From positions 2,396,497-2,428,496 of the forward strand of contig NC_003902.1 of the NCBI RefSeq assembly GCF_000007145.1: a stretch of 32,000 nt of DNA, in the 5' to 3' direction. Position 1 is the stretch's first letter. Every line of letters begins with the position of its first letter. The stretch is from Xanthomonas campestris pv. campestris str. ATCC 33913 (GTDB lineage Bacteria > Pseudomonadota > Gammaproteobacteria > Xanthomonadales > Xanthomonadaceae). Both the position numbers and the translations under genes were made by a program. The notes beneath the pieces are model-generated. The model made no database searches. It was not told the DNA's origin and worked only from the letters and a program-made list of their open reading frames with translations. This document shows, one piece after another, positions 16,716-26,189 of the stretch.

Positions 16716-17141
16716 TCAGCGTGAGAGCCCCACCGTGGCCCAGGCCAACACTGCATAGCGCGTGGTCTTGGCCACAGTGACCAGCATCAGGAACACACCC
16801 AGGCGTTCGCGCATGACACCGGCGGCAAGCGTCAGCGGGTCGCCGATGATCGGCATCCAGCTCAATAGCAGCGACCACTTGCCGTACCTGCCGTACCAGG
16901 CTTGCGCACGCAGCAAGGCAGACGGCTTGATGGGAAACCAGCGCCGGCCCTGAAAGCGCGTGACCTCGCGCCCGATCCACCAGTTGATCAGCGAGCCGAG
17001 CACGTTGCCCGCGCTTGCAGCGGCGACCAGGCCCCACACCGAACCGCCATCCAGCAGCAACGCCACCAACGCCGCCTCGGACTGCGCCGGCAGCAAGGTG
17101 GCTGCAATCAGCGCCAGTGCAAAGAGCGAGAGATAGGTCAT
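16716..17141 (-). CDS. YqaA-family (DedA/SNARE-associated-like) membrane protein
   Basis: 141-aa ORF: MTYLSLFALALIAATLLPAQSEAALVALLL...GNVLGSLINWWIGR...YGKWSLLLSWMPIIGDPLTLAAGVMR matches the YqaA pattern. Confidence 0.8.
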   Translation of the reverse strand: MTYLSLFALALIAATLLPAQSEAALVALLLDGGSVWGLVAAASAGNVLGSLINWWIGREVTRFQGRRWFPIKPSALLRAQAWYGRYGKWSLLLSWMPIIGDPLTLAAGVMRERLGVFLMLVTVAKTTRYAVLAWATVGLSR

Positions 17142-17381
17142 GACGCGTGGGGAAGGGCGGGTGACGGAGGTGGTGCTGGGGTGTGGATGCTAGCAAGCCG
17201 TGCAGGGGAGGCCGGTGCACACGGCAAGGCGTAGCACCTACGCACGCGTAGGCGGCTGATCCGGATTCTGCTGATGCAGGGCGATACGCGAGTGGCAACG
17301 CGCCCGAGTGCGAGTACGCGGCGCACTTCGGTCATGCGCGGCGCTGCAGGTGTCCAGCGCGCCTAGGCGCTAATCCAATTA

Positions 17382-17396
17382 CGTTATAATATATCG
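17382..17396 (+). promoter_or_regulatory. Fur-family (Zur-like) box candidate overlapping a consensus TATAAT -10 hexamer
   Basis: cgttataatatatcg is a 12/15 imperfect palindrome. It matches 11/14 positions of my recalled gammaproteobacterial Zur core TGTTATAnTATAACA. TATAAT sits at 17385-17390, 44 nt upstream of the TonB-dependent receptor start. It is the only AT-rich patch in this intergenic region. Confidence 0.35.
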
Positions 17397-17433
17397 ATAC
17401 AGCAACAGTCCGCAGATCGAAGGTCGAACGTAG

Positions 17434-19482
17434 ATGAGAATCAAGGTGTTGGTGCCCGCCATGCTGGCGGCGGCGTTTGCAAACGATGCGCGCGCCGAGT
17501 CAGGCGACTCGGCGGTCACGATGGGCAGTGTGGATGTGCGGCAGGGCGGGCGCGGCCAGCTCGCCGCCAATCGGGTCCTGACCTCGGTGGATGTGCTGGG
17601 CGGCGACCAGGTCGAAAACAAGAACGTCATGAACAGCTGGGAGCTGCTCGGGCAAATGCCGGGCATCCAGCTGACCGAAACGCGCCAGGGCACCGAATCC
17701 GGCAAGGCCACGTTCCGCGCCTTCAACGGCGAGGGCTACATCAACGGCATCAAGATCCTGATCGACGGCGTGCCCAGCAACGTCAACAGCGGCAATCAAC
17801 GCTTCATCGACATGGTGTTCCCGCTGGAGATCGACTACATCGAAGTGGTGCGCGGCACCAACGATCCGCGTTACGGGCTGCACAACATTGGCGGCAACAT
17901 CAATTTCGGCACCCGCCAGGGTGGCAACTACACCGACGGCCGGCTGACCTATGGCAGCTTCGACACCCGCGAGGCGCAGCTGGCCGTCGGCCGTGAGGCA
18001 GACGGGTTTGCACAGAATTACTTCGTCGGCGTGCAGGACTCCAATGGCTACCGCGACCACGACACCTCGCAGAAGTATTCGCTGGGCGGCAAATGGTTTG
18101 TCGGCAGCGACGCGGATACCGCAAAGCTCGGCCTGGTCGCGCGCGTCTATCACCATGAAGCCGACGAACCCGGGTTCATGACCGCCGAAGAACTGGCCAC
18201 CGATCGCACCGCCTCGGCAGCCAAGAACGCCAACGATGGTGCGGACCGCGACATGCGCCATCTCGGCGTGCATCTGGACCTGCGGCTCAGCGACACCCTG
18301 CACTTCAACAACAAGCTGTACTACAACAGCTACGAAGAAACCCGGCGCGTGACGTTCACCAGTTTCCCCACCGGCAATGCCCCGCGGCAACAACGCGAAT
18401 GGGACGAAAAGCAGACCGGCATGCTGAGCACCATCACCTGGCGGCAGAGCGAGCTGCTGACCCTGGAGGGTGGGGCGAATGTCGAGCACCAAGACAATGG
18501 CTACCGCCGCCTGCGCTTCGCCTATAGCGTGCCGACCGACTTCAACGCCCCACCGGCACGCGCGCAGAACGACGACCGCTACACGCTGGAGAACGTCGGC
18601 GCCTACGTGCAGGCCGTGCTGACGCCCACCGCGGCGCTGAAGATCGTGCCGGCATTTCGGGTGGACCGCTTCAGCGGCGACACGCGCCTTCCCGGTGGCG
18701 TGACCGCACCGTTGCAGCACACCGGATGGATCGAGCAACCCAAGCTCAGCGTGGTGTATTCGTTTAACCCGGGCCTGCATGTCTATGCCAACTGGGGCAA
18801 GACCTTCCAGGTGCTCACCGGCTCGACCGCGCCTGCGTATCTCACCGCCGGCCAGGAGACGTTTCGCCCATCGATCAACACCGGGCAGGAAGTGGGCATC
18901 AAGTTCACCCCCGCCGCCGGCACCGAGGCGCGGCTGGCCGTCTGGCAACAGGATGCGACCGACGAAGTGGCCAACATGCCGGCCACAGGCACCACGGTGG
19001 GCTTGGGCGAAACCCGCCGGCGGGGCGTCGACCTGCAGGTGTCCTCGCACCTGGGCGAGCACTGGGTGCTGTGGGCATCGCATGCGTATCAAGAGGCCAA
19101 GGTCATCAGCGCCTTCACCACTGCCGGCGATGCGCTGGCCGGCAATGAAGTCATCGCCACGCCGCGTTACATCAGCAACATCGGCGCGGACTACCGCCCG
19201 AACGCGCAGTGGACCTTCGGCGTGCAAGGCCGGATGCAGGGCGATTACTACATCGAAGAGCGCAACACACAAGGCAAGTTCGGCGGCTTTGCGTTGGTGG
19301 ACATGAGCGCACGCTACCAGCTGTCCGAACGGATCAGCCTCGATCTGCAGGTGAGGAACCTGTTCGGCCGGGAATATGCCTACACCTGGTACGACAACTT
19401 TTTCTGGGGCGGCAACGATCAACCGATGTTCTCGCCGGCACCGGGACGCACCGCGTTCCTGTCGTTCAACGTCAAGCTGTGA
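17434..19482 (+). CDS. TonB-dependent outer-membrane receptor
   Basis: 682-aa ORF with signal peptide MRIKVLVPAMLAAAFANDARA. Plug-domain motifs (GIQLTETRQG, IKILIDGVPSN, IDYIEVVRGTNDPRYG) and a long beta-barrel region with alternating aromatic residues. Confidence 0.9.
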   Translation: MRIKVLVPAMLAAAFANDARAESGDSAVTMGSVDVRQGGRGQLAANRVLTSVDVLGGDQVENKNVMNSWELLGQMPGIQLTETRQGTESGKATFRAFNGEGYINGIKILIDGVPSNVNSGNQRFIDMVFPLEIDYIEVVRGTNDPRYGLHNIGGNINFGTRQGGNYTDGRLTYGSFDTREAQLAVGREADGFAQNYFVGVQDSNGYRDHDTSQKYSLGGKWFVGSDADTAKLGLVARVYHHEADEPGFMTAEELATDRTASAAKNANDGADRDMRHLGVHLDLRLSDTLHFNNKLYYNSYEETRRVTFTSFPTGNAPRQQREWDEKQTGMLSTITWRQSELLTLEGGANVEHQDNGYRRLRFAYSVPTDFNAPPARAQNDDRYTLENVGAYVQAVLTPTAALKIVPAFRVDRFSGDTRLPGGVTAPLQHTGWIEQPKLSVVYSFNPGLHVYANWGKTFQVLTGSTAPAYLTAGQETFRPSINTGQEVGIKFTPAAGTEARLAVWQQDATDEVANMPATGTTVGLGETRRRGVDLQVSSHLGEHWVLWASHAYQEAKVISAFTTAGDALAGNEVIATPRYISNIGADYRPNAQWTFGVQGRMQGDYYIEERNTQGKFGGFALVDMSARYQLSERISLDLQVRNLFGREYAYTWYDNFFWGGNDQPMFSPAPGRTAFLSFNVKL

Positions 19483-19734
19483 TCGGCGCGTTTGACGGTG
19501 CCCGAGCACCGTCACGCCAAGGCGATCGGTGTAGCTGCGGCGCACAGACTGCTCGTGCAGCTGTGCGGTTCGGCGCGGGGGTCACTCTCTCCACTTCTTC
19601 GGCTGATGCGGTAATCATCAGGCGCCTTTGCCACGCGCACAATGTCACCGGACGCGCTGCGATCTGACTGTCTAATACGCCGTGCTGGCGCCGCCCACCG
19701 CTGAGACAGACGGTGGCAACCAGCGCATGTGGCC

Positions 19735-21843
19735 TCAGTGCAGCGCGGCAACCTTGAACACGTCAACCGCCTGCACCAGCTGCGCGGACTGCTGCTCCAG
19801 CGAACGCGCGGCGGCGTTGGCGGCTTCCACCAGGGCGACGTTCTGTTGCGTGGTCTCGTCCATCTGGGTGATGGTCTGGTTCACTTGCTCGATGCCGCTG
19901 GCCTGTTCCTGCGACGCTGCGGCGATCTGGCCCATGATGTCGGTGACATGCTGCACGCTATCCACGATGCCGCCCATCGTGGCGCCTGCCTTGTGCACCA
20001 GCACCGCACCGTCCGCCACTTGCTGGACCGAATGCGCGATCAGGATCTTGATTTCCTTCGCTGCATCCGACGACCGGTGCGAGAGCGTGCGCACCTCCGA
20101 TGCCACCACCGCGAAACCACGGCCTTGCTCGCCGGCGCGTGCGGCTTCCACGGCGGCATTCAAGGCCAGGATGTTGGTCTGGAACGCAATCCCATCGATG
20201 ACAGACACGATGTCTGCGATCCGCCTGGATGAGACTTCAATACCCGACATCGTCTCCACCACCTGGCTGACCACATCGCGGCCTTCCGACGCCACGGTGG
20301 CCGCGCCCAGCGCAAGCGCATTGGCACGGCGGGCATTGTCGGCGTTCTGCTTGACGGTGGAGGTCAGCTCTTCCATCGATGCTGCGGTCTCTTCGAGGTT
20401 GGCGGCCTGCTGCGCGCTGCGGCTGGCCAGCGCCTGATTGCCGGCGGTGATGTCCTCGGCGGCGAAACCGATGTTGTTGGAACTCTCCTGGATGCCGGCA
20501 ACGATTTCGGTGAGCCGCGCCACGGTGCTGTTGGCATCGTCGCGCATCAGGGCGAACACGCCCTGGAAGTTGCCATGCATGCGAACCGTCAGGTCACCCT
20601 GGGCAATGGCGCGCAGCAGTGACGAGAACCTGGACAGGGTGGTGTCGGAGGTCGACATCATGGTGTTGAGGTTGTCCACCATGCGCGCAAATGCATGCTC
20701 GAATCGGTCGGCCTGACCGCGGCGGCTGAAGTTGCCCGCGCAAGCGGCCTCGGTGAGTTCCTGGATCTGCGCATTGATTGCGTGCAGGTTCTGCTTGGCC
20801 TGCGACATCGTGGCGGTAATGGCAGCCTTCTCGCCGGGATACTGCTCGATGTCTTGCGCAAGATCACCAACCGCGTAGCGCCCCATGACCTCGGTCATGC
20901 GCAGCTGCGTGCGCACATGCGCATCGACCAGCGCATTGGTGTCCTGCACCATGTGCCCGTAGTCGCCGGGAAACCGCTCCGCATCGGTGCGATAACTGAT
21001 CGCGCCCGCGTCGTGGCGCGCGGCCATTTCGCGCTGGGCGGAAATCACGGCCTGCAGGCGCGCCTGCATCTGTTGCATCGCACGCAGCAACTGGCCGGAT
21101 TCGTCCGCGCCTGCCGCCACATCGCGGCTGCTCAGATCGCCCGCGCTGATGCGCTCGGCGAGCCCAAGCGCCTGACGTAATGGCAGCACCACGCTGCGCG
21201 TCAGCAGCAAGGCAATGGCCGCGCCCAGCAGCAGGGCAACGATGGTGGACACCACCATGAGCATGGCGAAGCCGCGCGCAGTGGCGACGGCTTCTTCGGC
21301 CGCCTCACGGTTCTTGGCCTCCTGCAGGTCGATGAAGGCATTGATGCTGGCAAGCCAGTCGATGAAGGCCGGGCGCGCCTGCTTCAACAGGTCTTCTTCC
21401 GCATGCAGGCGGTCGCCCGCATCGCGCAGCGAGCGTACCTGCGCGATCAGCGGCATGGAGCGCTGCTCGATCGCCTTGATCGACTGCAGGATGTCCTTCT
21501 CTTTCTGGTCCGACGAGGTGGCCAGCAATGCATCCAGCGGCTGCGCCGAGCGGGCGTAGTCGGCGGCGAGCTTGTCGATGGCATGCTCGGCAGCCTGGCG
21601 GTCTGCGGTGGTGTTCATCAGCACCACGTCGCGCAGGGCGATGGCACGGTCGTGCACACTGCCGCGGAAGTTGATCGCGTAGCGTTGCTTGACGCTGTTG
21701 ACGTCATTGATTTGCGTCAGCCGTTGGTCAATCGCGCGTACGCGCTGGATGCCCACCACCGTGAGCATCACCATCAGGACGATCAACGCCAGAAAGCCGA
21801 GCGCGAGGCGCTGGCCGATCCGCAGGTTTGAGAAGAAGGACAT
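19735..21843 (-). CDS. Methyl-accepting chemotaxis protein (4HB sensor, HAMP region, MA signalling domain)
   Basis: Track ORF trimmed to the ATG at 21843 ([35 protein letters not shown]). Second [25 protein letters not shown], then HAMP. Highly conserved MA core [37 protein letters not shown]. Confidence 0.9.
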   Translation of the reverse strand: MSFFSNLRIGQRLALGFLALIVLMVMLTVVGIQRVRAIDQRLTQINDVNSVKQRYAINFRGSVHDRAIALRDVVLMNTTADRQAAEHAIDKLAADYARSAQPLDALLATSSDQKEKDILQSIKAIEQRSMPLIAQVRSLRDAGDRLHAEEDLLKQARPAFIDWLASINAFIDLQEAKNREAAEEAVATARGFAMLMVVSTIVALLLGAAIALLLTRSVVLPLRQALGLAERISAGDLSSRDVAAGADESGQLLRAMQQMQARLQAVISAQREMAARHDAGAISYRTDAERFPGDYGHMVQDTNALVDAHVRTQLRMTEVMGRYAVGDLAQDIEQYPGEKAAITATMSQAKQNLHAINAQIQELTEAACAGNFSRRGQADRFEHAFARMVDNLNTMMSTSDTTLSRFSSLLRAIAQGDLTVRMHGNFQGVFALMRDDANSTVARLTEIVAGIQESSNNIGFAAEDITAGNQALASRSAQQAANLEETAASMEELTSTVKQNADNARRANALALGAATVASEGRDVVSQVVETMSGIEVSSRRIADIVSVIDGIAFQTNILALNAAVEAARAGEQGRGFAVVASEVRTLSHRSSDAAKEIKILIAHSVQQVADGAVLVHKAGATMGGIVDSVQHVTDIMGQIAAASQEQASGIEQVNQTITQMDETTQQNVALVEAANAAARSLEQQSAQLVQAVDVFKVAALH

Positions 21844-22196
21844 AGGTTCGATCGAATGCGGGGGAGGGCCCATGCCATGCACGGGAGGCGGAACACGATC
21901 GCTGTCCGCCCGACGCGGCGCACCGGGTTAGCGAACTCGACCAGTCCGTTAGCGGCGATGGGGGCCTTGGCTGAACCCGTCGCCCAATCGCGTTTAGTTC
22001 TCGTTTGCTTTGGCAGCGGCCGGGCGCGCCTGCTGCGACAGACTCCCGGCTGTCGGCGGCGGTGCGATACGCACCAGCCAGCAGCGTCACTGCGCTGAAG
22101 CGCGCGTCGTAGCTCAGCGCCAGGCCACCGGGCGGGCCTCAGTGGCCCGGAGCGTGGCTCACGGCGCCGCGACGCAGCAATTGTGATGATGGCGGG

Positions 22197-22505
22197 ATGA
22201 ACAGTGGGAACCAGATCACAGCACGCACCGTCAGCATCGGCCCGATGGGCTCTGCCGACGCAGGCCAGAAAGTCACCGTCCACCTCTCGGCAGCGCCGGG
22301 CCCACGTTGGCAAGCCTGCTTCAATTTTCTCTTGCGGGGGCGCGATGTACCGCTGCTGCGCGATCACGTGATGTTTGAAGGCGCTTCTTTCAGCAGCTGG
22401 GCGCTGCCGGGCAGGGCGGAAGCGTTTCGCGAGGAATTGCCGCGGTTGCTGGCGTCCACCGGTGCGCTTGCGCACGCGCAAGGACTTAAAGACGCGGCGC
22501 GTTGA
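22197..22505 (+). CDS. Hypothetical 102-aa protein (weak call)
   Basis: ATG-initiated ORF with moderately GC-rich third positions and a stop 112..110 nt upstream in the same frame. I recognise no motif. Weak RBS. Confidence 0.3.
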   Translation: MNSGNQITARTVSIGPMGSADAGQKVTVHLSAAPGPRWQACFNFLLRGRDVPLLRDHVMFEGASFSSWALPGRAEAFREELPRLLASTGALAHAQGLKDAAR

Positions 22506-22563
22506 TCGCAAACCGCATGTGACTGGAGCGCCACGCAGCGCCTCGTTCGCCTAATACCAGCCT

Positions 22564-23415
22564 AAGAACCTGTTCACGATCTTCTGAGTAATAGTGCCAA
22601 GAAGGCCAAATGGATGAACTGCAGGCTGGTGTTGAGTTTGCGCTCGCAGTTCTTCCATAGCCTTCGGTTCTTCTCCAGCCAAGCAAAACTACGCTCGACG
22701 ATCCATCGCTTGGGCATGACCTTGAAGGTGTGCAGTTCGCTGCGCTTGGCAATCTGCACCGTGAGCTGCTCGCCTAAAATCTCTCGCACGCCGTCGGCAA
22801 ACCGTACGCCGGTGTAACCGCTGTCGCACAGTAAGGTTTGTACATGCGTCAAGTTTGACTGGCAGCGCTCCAACGCCTGCAGCGCACCTTTGCGGTCGGT
22901 CACCTCCGCCGTCGTCACCGCGATTGCATGGGGCAATCCCTGAGTATCAACAGCGATATGCCGCTTGATGCCCGACACCTTCTTGCCCGCGTCATATCCC
23001 TTTTGCCCTGCTGTGTCGGTGTTCTTTACGCTCTGCGCGTCCACGATCAAGAACCTGCTGCAGGCGTTGCGCTCCTGTCTGGCGCGGGCCACGCCAACCT
23101 GATTTTTTAAGTGCCTGCTCCAGCAGGCTCACTCCCTCATCGTCGCACTCGCTCCACTTGGCAAAGTACGAGTGCACGGTCCGCCACTTCGGAAAGTCGC
23201 TGGGGAGCGCTTGCCATTGGCAACCGGTTCGCAGCACGTACAACACTGCGCACCACACCTCATACATATCCACACGGCGTGGCTTGGTGCGCTTACGCGC
23301 TTGTTCCAGGATCGGCAGCACGTGTTCGAACTGCTCCCGGCTCATGTCACTTGGATAGGTCTTTTGGCGCATCCGCATAGTCTGCACTGATCAGGAAAGA
23401 TCGTGAACAGGTTCT
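22564..23415 (-). mobile_element. Intact IS5-family insertion sequence (IS427/IS711-like group), 852 bp
   Basis: Perfect 19-bp terminal inverted repeats agaacctgttcacgatctt (22564-22582 and reverse complement of 23397-23415). Flanking TA/TA direct repeat (22562-63, 23416-17). Removing the IS plus one TA restores a CTAG site. Boundaries are ambiguous by up to 3 bp because CTAAG/CTTAG is also shared. Confidence 0.9.
22574..23387 (-). CDS. IS5-family DDE transposase encoded in two overlapping frames (OrfA 23387->~23100, OrfB ~23108->22574)
   Basis: OrfA: MRQKTYPSDMSREQFEHVLPILEQARKRTKPRRVDMYEVWCAVLYVLRTGCQWQALPSDFPKWRTVHSYFAKW (DUF4096-type HTH). OrfB: RFLIVDAQSVKNTDTAGQKGYDAGKKVSGIKRHIAVDTQGLP...CDSGYTG...RWIVERSFAWLEKNRRL (DDE_Tnp_1). 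The frames switch at an A6 run (cttaaaaaatc, 23099-23109). Confidence 0.85.
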
Positions 23416-23602
23416 TAGTGTTTCTCGGTGTCACTGGGTGGGCGCAGCGGAACCGCAGCCAGGCCACCCAATCGAGCAAAAAGCAGCGCTTCTTAGCACT
23501 ATTAGTCGGCTTAGTGCAGACAGTATTTGCACACTTAACAACACCGAGACACCGGAACGGGCATGCGCAGGCCTAGCCGAGACCCCGGCGATGCAAACAG
23601 CG

Positions 23603-24994
23603 CTACCACATGAACTTCATTTCGCAGCCAATGTAGTTGCTGTCGCGGCCACCGGCGGCATGCACGGTCTCGCCGGCCTGGTAGTGGACCGCTTCGATGG
23701 CGGTCTGCAGGTGCGTGCTCAGCTTCCAATCACCACGCAACTGCAGGTAACGGCCTGTCCAGTGCGTGCCGGTGCCTGCTGTGCCGGCCAGTGGAATGTC
23801 CGGCTGCACGTATACCGCATCGGCGATGCTCTGGCGCCATTGCAAACCCAGTGCAGCGGTGAGGCTGAGCTGGGCGGTGGGCTTGATGGTGAGCATCGGT
23901 TTGATCACCAGCAGGTTGGTGTAGCCGGTGTAGCCGGCCAGGGTGATGTACGAGCCATTCGGGAACAGCGGGTTGAAGGTTTCGAGCTGGCCGTCGTCGG
24001 GACGTCGGTCGCCGGAGGCGGTATCGAGTTGCAGCCCAAAACGTGGCGTCAGCGTGATGTCTTGTAGCGTGTAACCGGCCTTGACGCCCAGCGCCCAAGC
24101 GCGCGCACGGCTGCTGCCAACCTTGCCGCGTTGGCCCATTGCCTCCAGGTCCCAGTCCAGTGCGTGCTGCACGCCTGCAAAGCGCACATCGAGGATATCG
24201 CGTCGCTCATCGCCGACGGCATCGAGAAAGCTGGCGTCATCCTGCTGGTAGCGCGCGTAATACAGCGACAGTTCGTCGGTGCCCAGGACGTGGCGCTCCA
24301 CACGCACGGTGTCCAGGCGCAGATGCTGGTTGGAGACATCGTCGAAACTGCGCGCATCAGCGTATTGCACAGGCTGGCTGACAAAGGCAATCCAGCGCCA
24401 CGGGCCGGTCTCGTAGTTCATCCATACCGCGTCGAAGGACTGGCGCACATTGGGGCCATCACGCAGCGACACAAACCGCTGCAGGTCGAATGCAAACTCC
24501 TGCCGGCCCACGCGTACTTTCATGTCACCCCCACCCAGTGGCGTGATGTAAGCGACGAAGGCCATGCGCAGATCGGCGCGGTTGGCGTCGGCCGGGCCGA
24601 TGCGGCGTTTGTCCACGGCGCGTACATCTTCCAGCTGGGTAAACACCTGCCAATGCGCACCAATGCGCAGGTCTGCATGCACTTGCAGGCGATGCAACAG
24701 ATAGCTGTCACTCTCGCGGCCGATGCCCAGCGCAGGGGTGTGGTTGCTTTCGAAGCGCTCGCGCAGGTTGATGCCGAACGACGCATACGCTGCGTCACCA
24801 AGCGGCACATATTTCAGCCGATCGAACGGCTGCGTACGCAGAGCGGGATCGGCAAGTGGCGACCAGTCCTCCTGCCAGCGGTTCGACTTGATGGCCGGGC
24901 GCGCCGGCATTGCGGCAGTCGCATCAATGGATGACTGTGCCCACGCATCGGTGCAGGGGCACAGCAGTAACAGCAACTTCAGGCGGAACGACAT
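23603..24994 (-). CDS. Alginate-export-family outer-membrane beta-barrel porin
   Basis: 463-aa ORF with a signal-like N-terminus (MSFRLKLLLLLCPCTDAWAQ). RLKYVPLGDAAYASFGINLRERFESN...YLLHRLQVHADLRIGAHWQVFTQL matches the pattern I recall for this family. C-terminus ends in aromatic residues (EMKFMW). Confidence 0.75.
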   Translation of the reverse strand: MSFRLKLLLLLCPCTDAWAQSSIDATAAMPARPAIKSNRWQEDWSPLADPALRTQPFDRLKYVPLGDAAYASFGINLRERFESNHTPALGIGRESDSYLLHRLQVHADLRIGAHWQVFTQLEDVRAVDKRRIGPADANRADLRMAFVAYITPLGGGDMKVRVGRQEFAFDLQRFVSLRDGPNVRQSFDAVWMNYETGPWRWIAFVSQPVQYADARSFDDVSNQHLRLDTVRVERHVLGTDELSLYYARYQQDDASFLDAVGDERRDILDVRFAGVQHALDWDLEAMGQRGKVGSSRARAWALGVKAGYTLQDITLTPRFGLQLDTASGDRRPDDGQLETFNPLFPNGSYITLAGYTGYTNLLVIKPMLTIKPTAQLSLTAALGLQWRQSIADAVYVQPDIPLAGTAGTGTHWTGRYLQLRGDWKLSTHLQTAIEAVHYQAGETVHAAGGRDSNYIGCEMKFMW

Positions 24995-25000
24995 ATGCGA

Positions 25001-25891
25001 TCAGGAGTGCGCATCGGCATGCAGCTCGGCGACATAGCCACCGGGAAATTCCACCATCGCCGAATGCCGGCCCGACCCCGCCACGGCAGGCACCAGCACC
25101 TTGGCACCAGAGGCGGTGGCGCGCGCAAGCGTTGCTTCCAGATCGTCCACTGCGTAGCCGGTGAGCTCGTGCCCGTACGGATAGGGCAGGTGGCCGTCGG
25201 TCACCAGTACCTGCAGTGCGCCGAAGCCGGAGCTGATTGCGATGCTGCGGTAGGTGTCGCCTGGCCGGCCAATCAGTGCTGCATCCGCGTGGCGGTCATC
25301 GCGCAGCACCTTGCCATGCGAGAACTGCAGCCACGCTTTCAAAAAAGCATCGGCGCGATCCGGTGAGACATACACGCGGTTCTCCGGGATGCTGGCCAGC
25401 GGCGCGTAGTGCGGCGCGGTGTCGTGCCAGTACAGTTGCATGGCGACGCCACCCGGCCAGGCGATCACTGCATCCATGCCAATGGGATCCTTGAACGGCG
25501 CCACCAGCACTTCCGCACCGGCCGCCCGCGCAGCGCTCACTGCTTGCTGTATGTCGGTGACCAGGTAGCCGGTGCGTTCGTTGCCGAACGGATGCGGCAC
25601 CGGCGTACGGAACCCGAACAACGACACCGTGCCTGCCGGCGTCTGTACCAATTGCGAGCTGGTGCTACTCGGGGTTGGCGTCACAGTCGCGATCACCTGA
25701 CGCGTGCTTTGCCCGCCGAAGGTGGCGGTGAAGCTGCGCACGAATGCGTCCACATCGTTAGGTGCAACGTAGACGTGCGTGGTGTCGTACTGCGGGCCGA
25801 CCGACACCGGCGCGGCGGCACCAGCAAGCATCGGAGAGAGCGCGCTCAATAGCAGCGCGGCGGACAGGCTCAGGGTGAGAATCGGACGCAT
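25001..25891 (-). CDS. Secreted protein with two tandem glyoxalase/VOC-like halves
   Basis: Track ORF trimmed to the ATG at 25891 (AAGGAA upstream). Signal peptide MRPILTLSLSAALLLSALSPMLAGAAAP. Internal duplication: HVYVAPNDVDAFVRSF...GYLVTDIQQAVSAARAAGAEVLV...WPGGVAMQLYWH versus RVYVSPDRADAFLKAW...GYAVDDLEATLARATASGAKVLV...FPGGYVAELHA. The stop is 6 nt before the porin start. The fold assignment is motif-level only. Confidence 0.65.
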   Translation of the reverse strand: MRPILTLSLSAALLLSALSPMLAGAAAPVSVGPQYDTTHVYVAPNDVDAFVRSFTATFGGQSTRQVIATVTPTPSSTSSQLVQTPAGTVSLFGFRTPVPHPFGNERTGYLVTDIQQAVSAARAAGAEVLVAPFKDPIGMDAVIAWPGGVAMQLYWHDTAPHYAPLASIPENRVYVSPDRADAFLKAWLQFSHGKVLRDDRHADAALIGRPGDTYRSIAISSGFGALQVLVTDGHLPYPYGHELTGYAVDDLEATLARATASGAKVLVPAVAGSGRHSAMVEFPGGYVAELHADAHS

Positions 25892-26189
25892 GGGAATTCC
25901 TTTGGGGTGAGGACGCTGCGGCTTGCCGGGGTGTGCAATCGAAGCGGTTGCGGCGAGTGGTGACGTATTGAAAACGCGTTCTTGCGCTGTCTGCGGGTCG
26001 GCACGCTGTTCATCGCAGGAGCGCGTGTGCCGGATGGGCTTGAACGGGGGGCAGTAGCCTTCTGGCGTGCTGCGTGGATCTGCAACGACTCGGCGGGTTA
26101 ACCGATGCGCTTGCGCGTTCGAAGAACGCGGCGGCCGTGGCCAAACGCAGGCGGCACGGTGTGGATCAGATCGAACTGCGGCGGCCAAT

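Noticed and set aside
16585-17298. Upstream extension of ORF 16309..17298 (329 aa) beyond the small secreted-protein start
   Set aside because: The extension overlaps the YqaA gene in another frame and is Ala/Arg/Gly-rich. The ATG at 16584 with a GGAG RBS and signal peptide is the credible start.
17500-19545. 681-aa ORF on the minus strand spanning the whole TonB-dependent receptor gene
   Set aside because: It is a shadow ORF typical of high-GC DNA. The product is Arg/Ala/Gly/His-rich with no domain-like motifs, while the plus-strand frame encodes a textbook receptor with signal peptide and plug.
19682-20437. 251-aa plus-strand ORF antisense to the MCP signalling domain
   Set aside because: Antisense to the most conserved part of the MCP. 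The product is Ser/Ala/Cys-rich low-complexity sequence.
23488-23494. Second ttcttag heptamer resembling the IS terminus (possible solo inverted repeat)
   Set aside because: Only 7 nt are shared with the 19-bp IR, which is within chance expectation.
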